This document shows positions 24,182-37,827 of a stretch of DNA of 64,000 bases, piece after piece. Made by a program: the position numbers and the translations under genes. Origin of the DNA: Malacoraja senta (lineage: Eukaryota); contig JAXLNO010000522.1 in the NCBI GenBank assembly GCA_038087875.1, positions 1 through 64,000 on the forward strand. Reading direction: 5' to 3'. Position 1 is the first letter of the stretch, and the number at the start of each line of letters is the position of its first letter. Under the pieces are notes generated by a model. It saw nothing but the letters and a program-made list of their open reading frames with translations, did not search any database and had not been told where the DNA came from.

Positions 24182-26257
24182 AGCTTGCGGATTACGACCT
24201 CAGTGTAAGACTTACCTGATGGTCCGCTGTTTAGTTTTCACCGACGTGTAGTGGGAGCGCCTGTACTCCCGGTCGTCGCTGTTGCACTGCGTGAACGCTA
24301 ATGTCGCGCATGCGTGCTGGACGGGGTCTTCACGTAGTCACTTACGTGACTCCGAAGTAAAATTTAGGAGATTGAGAGGGGATCTTATAGAAACGTACAA
24401 AATTCTTATGGGGTTGGACAGGCTAGATGCAGGAAGATTGTTCCCGATGTTGGGGAAGTCCAGGACAAGGGGTCACAGCTTAAGGATAAGGGGGAAATCC
24501 TTTAAGACCGAGATGAGGAAAAACGTTTTCACACAGAGAGTGGTGAATCTCTGGAACTCTCTGCCACAGAGGGTAGTTGAGGCCAGTTCATTGGCTATAT
24601 TTAAGAGGGAGTTAGATGTGGCCCTTGTGGCTAAAGGGATCAGGGGGTATGGAGAGAAGGCAGGTACGGGATACTGAGTTGGATGATCAGCCATGATCAT
24701 ATTGAATGGCGGTGCAGGCTCGAAGGGCCGAATGGCCTACCCCTGCACCTATTTTCTATGTATCTATGTATCTATGAAAGGAATATCGAGAATAACGTTC
24801 AGTGTAAGAGAAGCATGGTCAACATAAGAAATGCAACCGTCGGAGTAAAGATTTAAAAGAGTGGTGCAATAATGCGTGGTTCAGGGCCTGTCCCACTGTA
24901 CGAGGTAAATCAAGAGTTCTCTCGAGTTTCCCCTGATTCGAACTCGGAGAAATACGGTAATAGCCGCTCGTAGGTACTCGGGGCTCTCGTGGACATTTTT
25001 CAACATGCTGAAAAAACTTCACGAGCTTACCGCATTTCCCGAGTACCTGCCGTTAGCGTTACGAGCCGCTAACAGACGCCCCGAGCTCCGACGTACCCGC
25101 TACGTACATTCTACGTACTTACCACGAGTTTGATTTTTTAAAAACTCGTGAGAGCTCTTGAATTACCTTGTACAGTGGGACAGGCCCTTAAGTTTAGTTT
25201 GATTTATTGTCACGTGTACCGAGGTACAGTGAAAAGCTTTTGTTGCGTGCTAGCCAGTCAGTGGAAAGACAATACATGATTACAATCGATCCATTTACAG
25301 TGTGCAGATACATGATAAGGGAATAGGTTTAGTGCAAGGTAAAGCCAGTAAAATCCGATCAAGGATAGTCTGAGGGTCACCAATGAGGTAGATGGCTGTT
25401 CAGCACTGCTCCCTGGTTGTGGTAGGATGGTTCAGCTGCCTGATAACAGCTGGGAAGAAACTGGGCAGAGATAGATAGATTCTTGATTAGTACGGGTGTC
25501 AGGGGTTATGGGGAGAAGGCAGGAGAATGGGGTTCGGATGGAGAGATAGATCAGCCATGATTGAATGGTGGAATAGACTTGATGGGCCGAGTGGCTTAAT
25601 TCTTGTCTGAAGAAAGGTCTCGACCCGAAACGTCACCTATTCCTTCGCTCCATAGATGCTGCCTCACCCGCTGAGTTTCTCCAGCATTTTGTCTACCTAC
25701 AATTTTTCCAGCATCTGCAATTCTTTCTTAAATCATTCTTGTCTTATCACTTATAACCTCCTGACCTCATGACAACCCGGCAATATGAATATTGACTTCC
25801 CTAACCTCAAGTAACCCTTGCTTTCCCTCTCTCTCCATCCCCCCCCCATCCTAGTTCTCCGACTACTTTCACTGACCTCCTGATTTAATTTTACTTGGTA
25901 AACCTCGCTGGCACTTTCCTCAGCTAACAATGATCTCTTCTACATTTTCCTTGATCTTCGTCCCCGTGTGATCTCTCGTTTTCACGCCTTGCCCTTCCAT
26001 ATCCCCCGTTTCCCTCTCCCCTGACTCTCAGTCGGAGGAAGGGTCTCGACCCGAAACGTCACCCACTCCCTCTCTCCCGTGATGCTGCCTGCCCCGCTGA
26101 GTTACTCCAACATTCGATGTCCTCATGGGCTGATTCACATCATCTGGATTCTTGCTCTTCATTGCACCAGTGTTGAAAACCCTGAGTTAAACGTTCCGTC
26201 AAAGTAAACCTCGATCAGATAATCTCTGCTTCTGAAACGGTGAAGATTTTGACTTAC

Positions 26258-26350
26258 CGATCTGTCAGTGGGTAAGAAGTGAGTGCTGATCTTGTGGAGT
26301 GTGGACGCCCAGTGCAATAAATGGTTCCACAGAAGACCGTCCATTATATA
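26258..26350 (-). promoter_or_regulatory. Putative TATA box and non-coding exon 1 of copy 1
   Basis: Paralogous to 4362-4454. Confidence 0.6.
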
Positions 26351-29300
26351 GGCAGGTCCTGGGAACACATCACTCTGTTATCTCCCTCTGCTGTTAATGG
26401 TGCCAGCAGTTAGCTGGATGGGTAAACTAAGACGGTGAGATCAAGCACCAAGATTACCGATAAAACCTCACCGGGTGACAGCTGTGCTTCAGAGGCCACA
26501 GCGCGAGATAATTTCTTTTGGGGCCCGGAACTTGATTGAAGTTTGCCTGTCAAGATGAAGCTAATTAACTACCAATGAGTTACTGTACATCTTGAGTCTC
26601 TCTGAGGATCCTTCAATGCTTCTACTCTGGGGCTGTAGAAAGCATCTTGTCCAGCAGCATCACAATCTGGTTTGGCAACTGCTCTGCCCAGGACAAGAAG
26701 GCTCTGCAGAGAGTAGTGCGTTCGACTGGGAACTACACTCGCCCCCCCTGCAGGACCTATACACCAGCAGGTGCAGATCCAGAGCCAGCAACATTATGGG
26801 GGACCCCTACCACCCCAGCAACGGACTGTTCCAGCTGCTACGGTCAGGCAAACGCCTCCGCTGTCACGCTGTGAAAACAGAGAGGATGAGACGGAGTTTC
26901 TACCCACAGGCCGTCAGGACTGTAAACTCTGATCTCACCAGGGACTAATTTACTGTTGTGTTGTGTCTTATTAAAAATAAAAATTCTAACATGTAAATAC
27001 TGATTCTGTTCTATTCTGTTCTGTAGTTTTTGCACAATCCGCAGGCATTGTCACTTTCATTTCACTGCACATCTTGTATGTGTATGTGACATAAAGTTGA
27101 CTTGACTTGACTTGACTGTACATCCTTGGGCTTCCAAGATGGTTCTCCAAGATGACAACAGCTTCCAAGATGGCACCCAACCCAGCTGAGCCACAGTAGC
27201 AGATCTACAGACTCACGTTACAAACGCTCCACACTCTTAAATCTCTGATCCTGCAGCGACATTTAAGGTGATAAGGGATAGGTGTAGAATTAGGCCATTC
27301 GGCCCATCAAGTCTACACCGCCATTCAATCATGGCTGATTTATCTCTCCCTCCGAACCATATTCCCCTGCCTTCTCCCCATAACCTCTGACACCCGTACT
27401 GATAAAGAATCTATCTATCTCTGCCTTAAAAATATCCACTGACATGGCCGTACTTTATACACTGTAAATGGGTCGATTGTAACCATGTATTGTCTTTCCA
27501 CTGACTGGATAACACACAATAAAAGCTTTTCACTGTACCTCAGTACACGTGACTTTAAACTAAACTGAACTGACCTGAACTGGGCTTAACTTGTTTGGCC
27601 AAACTACAAAAGAGGGACCAACAGGAAGGAGATTACATAAATGCAATAAGTTGGACGGGGTGGGAGATTGCAACCTTCACGTGGTCCGCCCTGTTTCGAC
27701 GAATGCAATCAACCTGGCGTGCACAATCAAATAAGATCAAATAGAACAAGTTGTCCTGCAACTTTAGGCTGTGCACGCCATACACAAGAAGAATAAATTG
27801 GATATCAAGCAACACGATGGAGATTTGAGATCCAGTGGTCCTTTAGAAAACATGATTTACCTGGTGGCACAGCTGGTAGAGCCAGTGACCCAGGTTCGAT
27901 CCTGACCCTGGGTTCTATCAAGAGAGGACACAAAGTGCGGGGGTCACCCAGTTCTCCAGAGATGCTGCAGGTTTGTAGGTTAATTGGCTCGGTATAAATG
28001 TAAAACATTGTCCCTGGTGTATGTGGGATAGTGCTAGTGTACGGGGATCGCTGGTCAGCATGGAGACGATGGGCCGAAGGGCTTGCTTCCGCGCTGTATA
28101 TCTAAACTAAACAAAACTTAAAATATTTGTGCAATTTATTGGTGTCCTTGGATGGATGTTGTGAATAACATGATAACAGTGAACGCATTAAACTTAGATT
28201 TCCAGAAGCCATGTGGCAAGCTGCTGCCCCAGGGTTTATGGTAGAAAATAACACATATCGAATAAGAAATGTGTTAGTGTGTACAGAAGATTGGCCGGAT
28301 ATCAGGAAACAGAGGGCAGATGTAAATGGGTCTTTTTTGGCTGTCAAGATGGACAAGAGGTTGTTGCTCCTCAATTTACAGGTTTTATTAATCTAGCCAT
28401 TAATGTCTTGATGGCTTAATGTTCTGTTTACACAATGATAGAGGAAAGTAAGTTGAGACAAGAAAAAAGGGTTAGGGAAAGGTGAAATGAGTGGGGAGAG
28501 GAGATACAAGGAACTACAGATGCTGGTTTACAAAGAAAGGACACAAGTGCTGTAATACCTCAGCAGGTCAGGCAGCATCTCTGGAGAACATGGATGGATG
28601 ATGTTTCCAGTCTTTACGTTAGTTTAGTTTGGAGATACTGCGTGGTAATTTGTGGTAAGCTCACTTGTAGCATTGAAAAGGGGGATTCTGAGACCTGAGT
28701 ACACGTCGTGACGTAGCACCTTCCCGCAAATGCTGCTCTGGTCCCTGTTAACGGCAGATGGGCCAGCAGGAGATGAAGAACCAGCACCTTGGACAGCGTC
28801 TACCTGCTGGAAAGCAGCAGCACCTTGGACTGGCAGACTGGGTGAGGTGATCCATGGGAGGGTTTGATGGTTCAGCAACACACTGTGTAGGAAGGAACTG
28901 CAGATGCTGCTTTCATCTGAAGATAGACACAAGAAGCTGGAGTAACAGGCAGCGCCTCTGGAGAGAAGGAATGGGTGGCGTTTCGACCCTTGACCCGAAA
29001 CGTCACCCATTCCTGCTCTCCAGAGGCGCTGCTTGTCCCACTGAGTTACTCCAGCTTTTTGTGTCTACCTTCAGCAGAGTGCGGAGGGCATGTCAAAGCA
29101 TGACAGAGACATGACCTTGCCATCCGCGAGTCATGGCGCCGGGTGGAAGAGGGCTCTGCCCGAGCCGGCTGCCTGCCCCTTTTATGGGGTTACGTCCGCG
29201 CCCGGGTGGTGTTAGAGAGGGACTACGTCCTGTCCACGGGCACCCTGGGGGATTTCCGGAACCGCTGGGCACGGCGGGGTGTTGAATGTATCCTTGACAC

Positions 29301-32300
29301 CTGGATCTCCTGCCATCAGGCAAGAGATATCGCAGCATCAAAGCCCGGAGTACAAGACTGCTAAACAGCTTCCTGCCATATGCTGTGAGGCTGCTAAACA
29401 GCCACTCTGTACTCACAGTCACCTGATTCTGCGGCTTGGCACGGACACTAGAATAACTGGCACTGGCCACTTCAATAACTGGCACTGGCCACTTCAATAA
29501 CTGGCACTGGCCACTCAAATCAGCCACCCCGGACATGTTTATGATTGGTCTTACTGTATTTTAACGTTGTTTGTATCTATTTTAACTTATACTGTTCCAT
29601 CAGGGACTGGATTGTTTTAGTGTTGTTATTATTATGTGTGAAATGTTTTAAACGTCATGTGGGATGCTCCGGTATTCCCTGGGAAACGTCTTTTCGTTTT
29701 GCACTGCACAACTGTTGCTTGCAAGATGACAATAAAGGAATTGAATTGAATTGAATTGAATTGACAAGGATTGTAACATAGTTGTCTAGTAGTTTATTTA
29801 GTATATTTGTTTGTCTTGTATTATGGTGCTGGGTTCTGGTTTGTTTTGTTGTATTGTAAATATCATTTTAAATAATTGAATACATTTTTTGATCAAAAAA
29901 AATAAAAAGACATGATCTTCCACTGCAGGGCTAACGTCTAACCGTGACACTGGAATCCAGCTGCTGTGACCCAGAGGTGGAGTTTCTCATATGCAACAGC
30001 CTCTCCACTTTAATCTCACCCACCCACAGGTCTTTGGTGCAAGATGCACAACCAAGCTATCGTCGTCTATAATGGACCTCCTCAATCAGTGTAAAGTGAT
30101 GCTCTCGTCATTAAAGGCATGACCTATATAGAACTGGGTACCGAAGTTGGGAGATCTTGTTGCGGTGCATAAAACATCGATGAGACCCGATTTGGGGTAT
30201 TGTGTTCAGTTTTGGTCTCCATGTTATGGGGAAGATGTTGTCGAGCTGGAAAAGGTGAGGAGGAGACTCGCGAGGATGCTGCCAGGATGCTGAGGGCCTG
30301 AGCTGTAAGGAAAGGTTGAGCAGGCTGGGACTTCACTCCTTGGAGCGCAGGAGGATGAGGGGTGATCTTGTAGAGGTGTACAAGATCACGAGAGGAAAGG
30401 ATCGGGTAAATGCACAGAGCAAAGAAGGGAAGAGATTGAACTTTTTTTCCGCCTTCCATCACAGTGAGGAATGTGGAGGAGTCACTGTGGTGGATGTTTA
30501 TGTAAAAATGTGTTTTGTGTGTTCTGTTGCTTTTTATTTGGATGTCTGACTTGGCAAATGAAATTCCTCGTACGTTGCAAAACATACTTGGCTAATAAAG
30601 TGTTATTGTGATTGTGATTGTCTTTTACCCAGAGTAGGGGAATCGAGAATAAGCAGACATGGGTTTAAGCTGAAGAGGGAATGATTTAATAGGAACTTGA
30701 GGCGTAACTTTTTACACAAAGGATGGTGTGTGTATGGATTGCGCTGCCGGAGGAGTAAATAGACAATAGGTGCAGGAGTAGGCCATTCGGCCCTTCGAGC
30801 CAGCACCGCCATTCAATGTGATCATGGCTGATCATCCCCAATCAGTACCCCGTTCCTGCCTTCTCCCCATATCCCCTGACTCCGCTATCTTTAAGAGCCC
30901 TATCTAACTCTCTTTTGAAAGCATCCAGAGAACCTGCCTCTGAGGCAGAGAATTCCACAGACTCACCACTCTCTGTGAGAAAAAGTGTTTCCTCATCTCC
31001 GTTCTAAATGGCCTACCCCTTATTCTTAAACTGTGTGTGGCCCCTGGTTCTGGACTCCCCCAACATCGGGAACATGTTTCCTGCCTCTAGCGTGTCCAAG
31101 CCCTTAACAATCTTATTAAGGCAGAGACTATCAGATCAAATCAAGTCAAATTTATTGATAAAGCACATTTAAAAACAACCCACGTTGACCAAAGAGCTGT
31201 ACAGAGCAGAGCAGGTAGTTAAAATCACAAAATGAAACAGACATACACAGGAATGCACACAGCACTCAGGTACAAATCATCAGCTCTAAGACACAAAATC
31301 AAGATTAGCCACATCAGGGGCATTCAAACGCTAGTGAATAAAAATAAAACTGAGCCTGGACTTAAAAGAGTCGATGGAGGGGGCAGATCTGATAGGGAGG
31401 GGGATGCTGTTCCCCAGTGTAGGGGCCGCAACAGCAAAGGCACGGTCACCCCTGAGCTTAAGTTTAGATCACGGGACAGCCAGGAGCCGCAAGTCAGCCG
31501 ACCTGAGGGACCTGGAGGTAGAGTAAGGGGTAAGGAGGTGTGTGATGTAGGGGGGAGCAAGCATGTTTAAGGCTTTATAGACAAACAGGAGAAACTTAAA
31601 ATCAACTCTGAGCCGTACTGGCAGCCAGTGGAGAGGGGCCAGAATGGGGGTAATATGGTCCCAATTCCAGGTACCTGTCAGGAGCCTGGCTGTGGCGTTC
31701 TGGACCAGTTGCAGGCGGGACAGGGACGACTGACTGATCCCAGTATACAGGGAGTTGCAGTAGTCCAGGCGAGAGGATATGAAAGCGTGGATGACTTTCT
31801 CCAGATCTTTGAATGAGAGGAACGGTTTTATTTTGGAAATGCTATAATAACGTTTAAGAGATATTTTGTAAAGGTACATGGATAGGACAGGTTTAGAGGG
31901 ATATGGGCCAAGCATAGGCAGGTGGAACTAGTGTAGATGGGACATGTTGGGTCGGTGTGGGCAAGTTGTAGGTATGTTACAAAACTTACCTTCAGCGGTG
32001 CTGCAGTTCTGTCACTGCCCGTGTGCGCGACATTGGCGCCTTTGAGAGGGGGCGGGTTTAAAATGCCTTGTTCCTCCAGCCTATTCAAATCGATGTCTGT
32101 CAGACTGTTTAGCTGCTAACGAATAATCGCCTCGACTGCCGTTTTATTAAGTTTCTTTTAAACGGCACTGGATATTTTACGAACAGGAGTAAATTAAAAA
32201 TAATCTTCTAAAGCCGTCAACGCCGACAACGGGGACGGATTTCATGTACAGGACAGGGAAAGGAAAGCCGCTTATTTTATATATAAACTTGCTTCTAAGG

Positions 32301-33687
32301 ATGCCTTTAATCAAAATTTCACGTTGTGAAAATGTAATTATGTAAATATACGAACCGGCAGTATTTTTCCTGCCGATATGAGGTTTAAATTCACCGCATA
32401 TGCAACGTTCCAAACCAGCGCGTTCCACAAAAACCCACTCGCAAGATGATTTAAATGGCCATTAATTTACGGGAAGTAAACACTAAATTCCTTCCATTTG
32501 GCCTATAAATTAATGACAATGAGATTTAAAAATCATGTTATATTGTGAATTATTGTGTGAATGTTATTTGAACACTTAGGCTATTTAAAAATGTTAACTT
32601 TTTCTTACGAAATGGATAGATGTTTAGATGTAGTAATTGAATTTTGTAATTAGCTACAATTGGGTAACTAACTAATTATATGCTTTAATTTCAGATCATT
32701 CAAGTAAGATTGTTTCATATTTGTTTCAGAATGCTTCAATCTATAATAACTGAAAATTTCATTCAGTTCTCTTAATTTTTAAGAAAGTTATGGGCTTTTG
32801 ACTGTCCTTGATCACAGCTTTTGAGTTAAGTCAATGGAAAAGCAATAGGGAACAAGATGCTAATTTCAGTATGAAAATGGCCATAACTTTTTTAATACTG
32901 AAGATATGAAAGTGAATTAGGTGTCAAATTAAATTTATTTTTATGTTTTATCTGATGGGATAAATTGCAGACTTGATTTTTAAAATCTCAAAATTTTGCA
33001 ACATTGCTACTAGTTGGGCCAAAGGGCCTGTTTCCACGCTGTATGACTCTATGACTGTGACACCAACAGCCCTCCTACCCCAATAGTGAGTCAGTCACAC
33101 CACGAGTTAGGTTGAACTAAACATCTATAATATGATGTGAACAGGACATTTTAAAGCAGAATTAATCGGACCTTGGATTCTAGATTCTGATTCTACAGGC
33201 TGATTCTAGATGTCAAGATCATTGGTTTGCCCACTTCAACTTTGATGTTAAATTGGAATTTAAATGTATCCCAAAGAAATTCAGCTGCAGAAATTCAGCT
33301 TTAGGTCTCTGATTTTCTACCCAGGTTCTGTCATAGAGTCACAGAGTGATACAGCATGGAAACAGGCCCTTCGGCCCAACATGGAGCCTACATGTCTCAG
33401 CTACACTAGTCCCACCTGTCAGCGTTTGGTCCATATCCCTCCAAACCGGCCCTATCTACACTATAATAGATTAGTGAAAGGCCTGGAGAGAGTGGATGTG
33501 GAGAGGACAAATCTGTCTTTTCCATGTGTCTGCCTAACTGCTTCTTAAAGGCTGGGATAGTCCCTGCCTAAACTGCCTCAACTGGCAGCTTGTTCCATAC
33601 ACCCGCCACCCTTTGTGTGAAAAAGTTAAACCCTGTCGATCAGAAAAAGTCGGAGTCTACAGGTATTACACTTCGACCGATGGCCGA

Positions 33688-34496
33688 CTATTGATCCGGT
33701 TTAAAGGTCACGTCATAGGACACCAGATAGCCGTCATTGTACACGTACAGCTTGTGATCGGACGGGTTGTAGCTGACACTGCGCAGTGTCTCCATCACCT
33801 TCTCCATCCTTACGGCGACCCAACCTTCCTCACCGGTCCCGGTGTCGAACGTGTAGAAGATCTCCTCCATCCCTGGTCCCACAGGCCGAAGGGCGTACAG
33901 CACCCCGCAGATCATGAAGGCGTTGGTGACGCTGGGCTTGAACTGTTCGGTGACCCAGGTCCTCCCGACAGTGAAGGCCACCGTGTCGATTTTACTAATA
34001 AGAATACGCCCGGCATGCTGCTCGGTGGAGTAAATGACCCAAAGGCCTGTTTCATCGACAGCAAAGTCCATGTCCTGGTAGGTAACCTTGTAGTAGGAGA
34101 ACCTGTTATTGTAGGTCGCATTAGCCAGGGTCCGTTTCTCTACGGTTCCTGTGTCTACGTTATACCTGCAGATATTCCTGCCATTGTAACAGTTGTAGTA
34201 CACAGAGTTATTGTACAAAACCATCCCAGCCCCCTGTGCTCCATTGTAATAGCTATACCCAAGGTTCCTTTCAGTCCAATTTTGGTAGAGCAGTAAATCG
34301 TCATAAGAAGGGTAGAAGCGGAAGGTTTGAAATAAAGATTCCCCAGTGGAGGCCACCACAAAATACTGCTCTTGTTCAGCGTGAAGGGGAACGGGGTCTT
34401 TCCCCCAAGCTCCACATTGGTAACTCGACCCCATCCAGTTCTGTTGCACAATGAAAGGTTCGGTGACTTTGAGGAGGCCGCCATGTTTGCAACTCC
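33688..34496 (-). CDS. olfm4: OLFM4-like copy 2, terminal olfactomedin-domain exon
   Basis: Intact ORF; 3 aa differences from copy 1. Confidence 0.93.
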
Positions 34497-36065
34497 CTGT
34501 CAATAAACAGAAGAGAAACATTTGGAGTCATAGAGTAATAGAAACATAGAAAATAGGTGCAGGAGGAGGCCATTCGCCCTTCGAGCCAGCACCGCCATTC
34601 ATTGTGATCATGGCTGATCGTCCCCAATCAATAACCCGTGCCTGCCTTCTCCTCATATCTCTTGATTCCACTAGCCCCTAGAGCTCTATCTAACTCTCTC
34701 TTAAATCCATCCAATGATTTGGCCTCCACTGCCCTCTGTGGCAGGGAATTCCACAAATTCACAACTCTCTAGTGGGGTGGAAGATTGCAACCTTCACGTG
34801 GTCCACCCTGTTTCGACTAATGCAATAAACTCGACGTGCACAAACGGAAGATCAAATAGAACAAGTTGTCCAACAACTTTAGGCTGTGCACGCCACACGA
34901 AAGAAGAAGAAGAAGAAGAAGAAGAAGAAGACAACTCTCTGGGTGAAAAAGTTTTTTCTCACCTCAGTCTTAAATGGCCTCCCCTTTATTCTAAGACTGT
35001 GGCCCCTGGTTCTGGACTCGCCCAACATTGGGAACATTTTTCCTGCATCTAGCCTGTCCAGTCCTTTTATAATTTTATATGTTTCTATAAGATCTCCCCT
35101 CATCCTTCCAAATTCCAGTGAATACAAGCCTAGTCTTTTCAATCTTTCCTCATATGACAGTCCCGCCATCCCAGGGATTAATCTCGTGAACCTACGCTGC
35201 ACTGCCTCAATCACAAGGATGTCCTTCCTCAAATTAGGAGACCAAAACTGTACACAATACTCCAGATGTGGTCTTCCCAGAGCCCTATACAATTGCAGAA
35301 GAACCTCTTTACTCCTATACTGAAATCCTCTTGTTATGAAGGCCAACATTCCATTAGCTTTCTTCACTTCCTGCTGAACCAGCTCGCCAACTTTCAGTGA
35401 CTGGTGTACAAGGACACCCATGTCTTGCTTCACCTCCCCCTTACCCAACCTAACCCCATTGAGATAATAATCTGCCCCCTTGTTTTTGCCGCCAAAGTGG
35501 ATAACCACACATTTATCTATATTATACTGCATCTGCCCACTCACTCAACCAGTCCAGGTCACCCTGCAACCTCCTAACATCCTCTTCACAGTTCACACTG
35601 CCACCCAGCTTTGTGTCATCAGCAAACTTGCTAGTGTTGCTCCTAATTCCCTCTTCCAAATCATTAATATATATGGTAAACAGTTGTGGCCCCAACACTG
35701 AGCCTTGCGGCACTCCACTCGCCACTGCCTGCCATTCTGAAAAGGACCCGTTCACTCCTACTCTTTGCTTCCTGTCTGCCAACCAATTTTCTATCTATGT
35801 CAACACCCCACCCCCAATACCATGATACAGCCTAGAAACAGGCCCTTCGGCCCAACTTGCCCACACCGGCCAACAATGTCCCACCTACACTAGCACACCC
35901 GACAGTCCCCTCGACCCGAGTAGTAGCAGTCAAATACGGGGCAAGGGCGGTCCAGTACGGGGCAAACCCAATATACGGGATGCCCCGGCTAATACGGGAC
36001 AGTTGGCAACCATTGTGCCTCCCTCCCCAGTCACTGTGGTGCCGCGCGGTTGATCGATAACTGAC

Positions 36066-36213
36066 CGTAGTCGATGGGCGGAGGGGTCACGGCCTGGTTG
36101 CTCTCACACTCCTCCAGCCATTCCCGCAGGGCCGCCATGTCCTTGCATATTTGCAGCACGTTATTCCTGTCGTACGATTCCAGCTGGTGGACGATGAGGG
36201 ACATGTTCTCGAT
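36066..36213 (-). CDS. olfm4: OLFM4-like copy 2, coding exon 4
   Basis: Intact splice sites; R>C and R>W relative to copy 1. Confidence 0.9.
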
Positions 36214-37014
36214 CTGAAACACAAAGGGAATGGTGGAGGAGCAAGGGGCAACCGAGCAAAAATCATACAACCGACTTCACCCGAGGTCAGGATCGAACCC
36301 GGGTCTCGGGCGCTGTGAGAGCCATCACACCCATGCGGCTCTGCCAGCGTGCTGCCCTTTCATCAAGAATGAAACATTAACTCTGGACTCAAGGTGAATC
36401 GAGTTTGTGAAACGTGTTTAGTTTGGCGATACATCATGGAAACAGGCCCTTCGGCCCACCGAGTCTGTGCCGACCAATGATTCTATGTCTCGAATCCTAC
36501 GCACCAGGGGCAATTTTACAGAAGCCAATTAACCTGCAAGCCCGCACGTCTTTGTAGTGTGGGAGGAAAGCGGAGCACCCGGAGGAAACCCATGCGGTCA
36601 CAGGGAGAACGCGCAAACTCTGCACAGACAGCACCCGTCATCAGTTTTGAACCGGGTCTCCTAGACACAAGCAGAATCGAGTGTGTGAAGTGTGTCCTCC
36701 TGAACTCAGTGAAGAGCTGGGATATCTCCGGGTGCTCCGGTTTCCTCCCACATTCCAGAGACGTGCGGATTTGTAGGTTAATTGTCTGCTGTGAAATTGT
36801 CCCCTAGTGCAGGATAGAACTAGTATAGGGGCGGTCGCTGGCTGGCACGGACTCAGTGGGCCAAAGGGTCCGTTTCCACGCTGTATCTCTGAACTCTGAA
36901 CTCCAGAGATGTTGCCTGACCCGCTGAGGTCCTCCAGCGGTTTGTGTATGTTTTTAGGCCAGAGAGGTGTGGTGCGTTAAAGTGAATGATGGTTCTGTGG
37001 GTGATGCTGCTCAC

Positions 37015-37224
37015 CTCTTCGTAGAGCTGGTCGATGATGGTGTTGCTCCCGTTGAGCGTCACCTTCAGCTGGGAGGTGAGGGACACCAGCTCTCGTATCT
37101 CCAGCTTGAGCAGCTCAAAGTCGAGCTGGGTGTAGGAGCCCCCGGTCTCGATGTTCTCCACACGCCGGGTCAGGTTCACCAGCCTGGACGCGTACACCGA
37201 CAGAGTGCGCCCATATTCCTTCAC
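37015..37224 (-). CDS. olfm4: OLFM4-like copy 2, coding exon 3
   Basis: Same translation as copy 1. Confidence 0.9.
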
Positions 37225-37795
37225 CTGTACACAACAACCGGGAGTTACACTCACCTTCGGAGAATAGAGGTTGCATCTCAAAATAAAAGGCCGACATTTT
37301 GAATTTGGCTCTCCCTTTTATCCACAGCCTTGTTGTGATGTATAGCCAGTACTGCATTGTGTAGCTGTTGTTAGAACGTGTAGGTGTTGTTCCAATGTGT
37401 AACCATTCTAATGGCTTCACGCTGCCACGACAAGGCCAGCAGCATAATCAAGGGCCAGTCTCACCCCGGTCACTCCCCCTTCTCCCCTCTCCCATCAGGC
37501 AAGAGGTACAGAAGTGTGAAAATGCAAGCTTCAAGATTCAGGGACAGTTTCTTCCCAGTTGCATTCAGGCAAGTGAACCACCCTCTCACCAACCAAAGAG
37601 TGGTCCTGAGCCACCATCTACCTCATTGGAGACCCTCGGACTATCTGGAATTGGACTTTACTAGACTTTACCTTTCACCAAATGTTATTCCCTTCATCCT
37701 GTATCTGTGGAAAGCTTGATTGTAATCATGTGTTATCTTTCCGCTGAGTGGATAGCACGCAACAAAAGCTTTTCACTGTACCTCGATACACGTGA

Positions 37796-37827
<32 letters not shown>

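Larger units (their letters stand above)
19509..24363 (-). mobile_element. DIRS1-type tyrosine-recombinase retrotransposon; full terminal structure, degenerate ORFs
   Basis: Absent from the other units (empty site ctagAATttagg). Inverted terminal repeats 19579-19615 / 24300-24336; internal complementary region 19728-19840; gag-like, RT, RNase H, methyltransferase-like and YR remnants on the minus strand. Confidence 0.95.
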
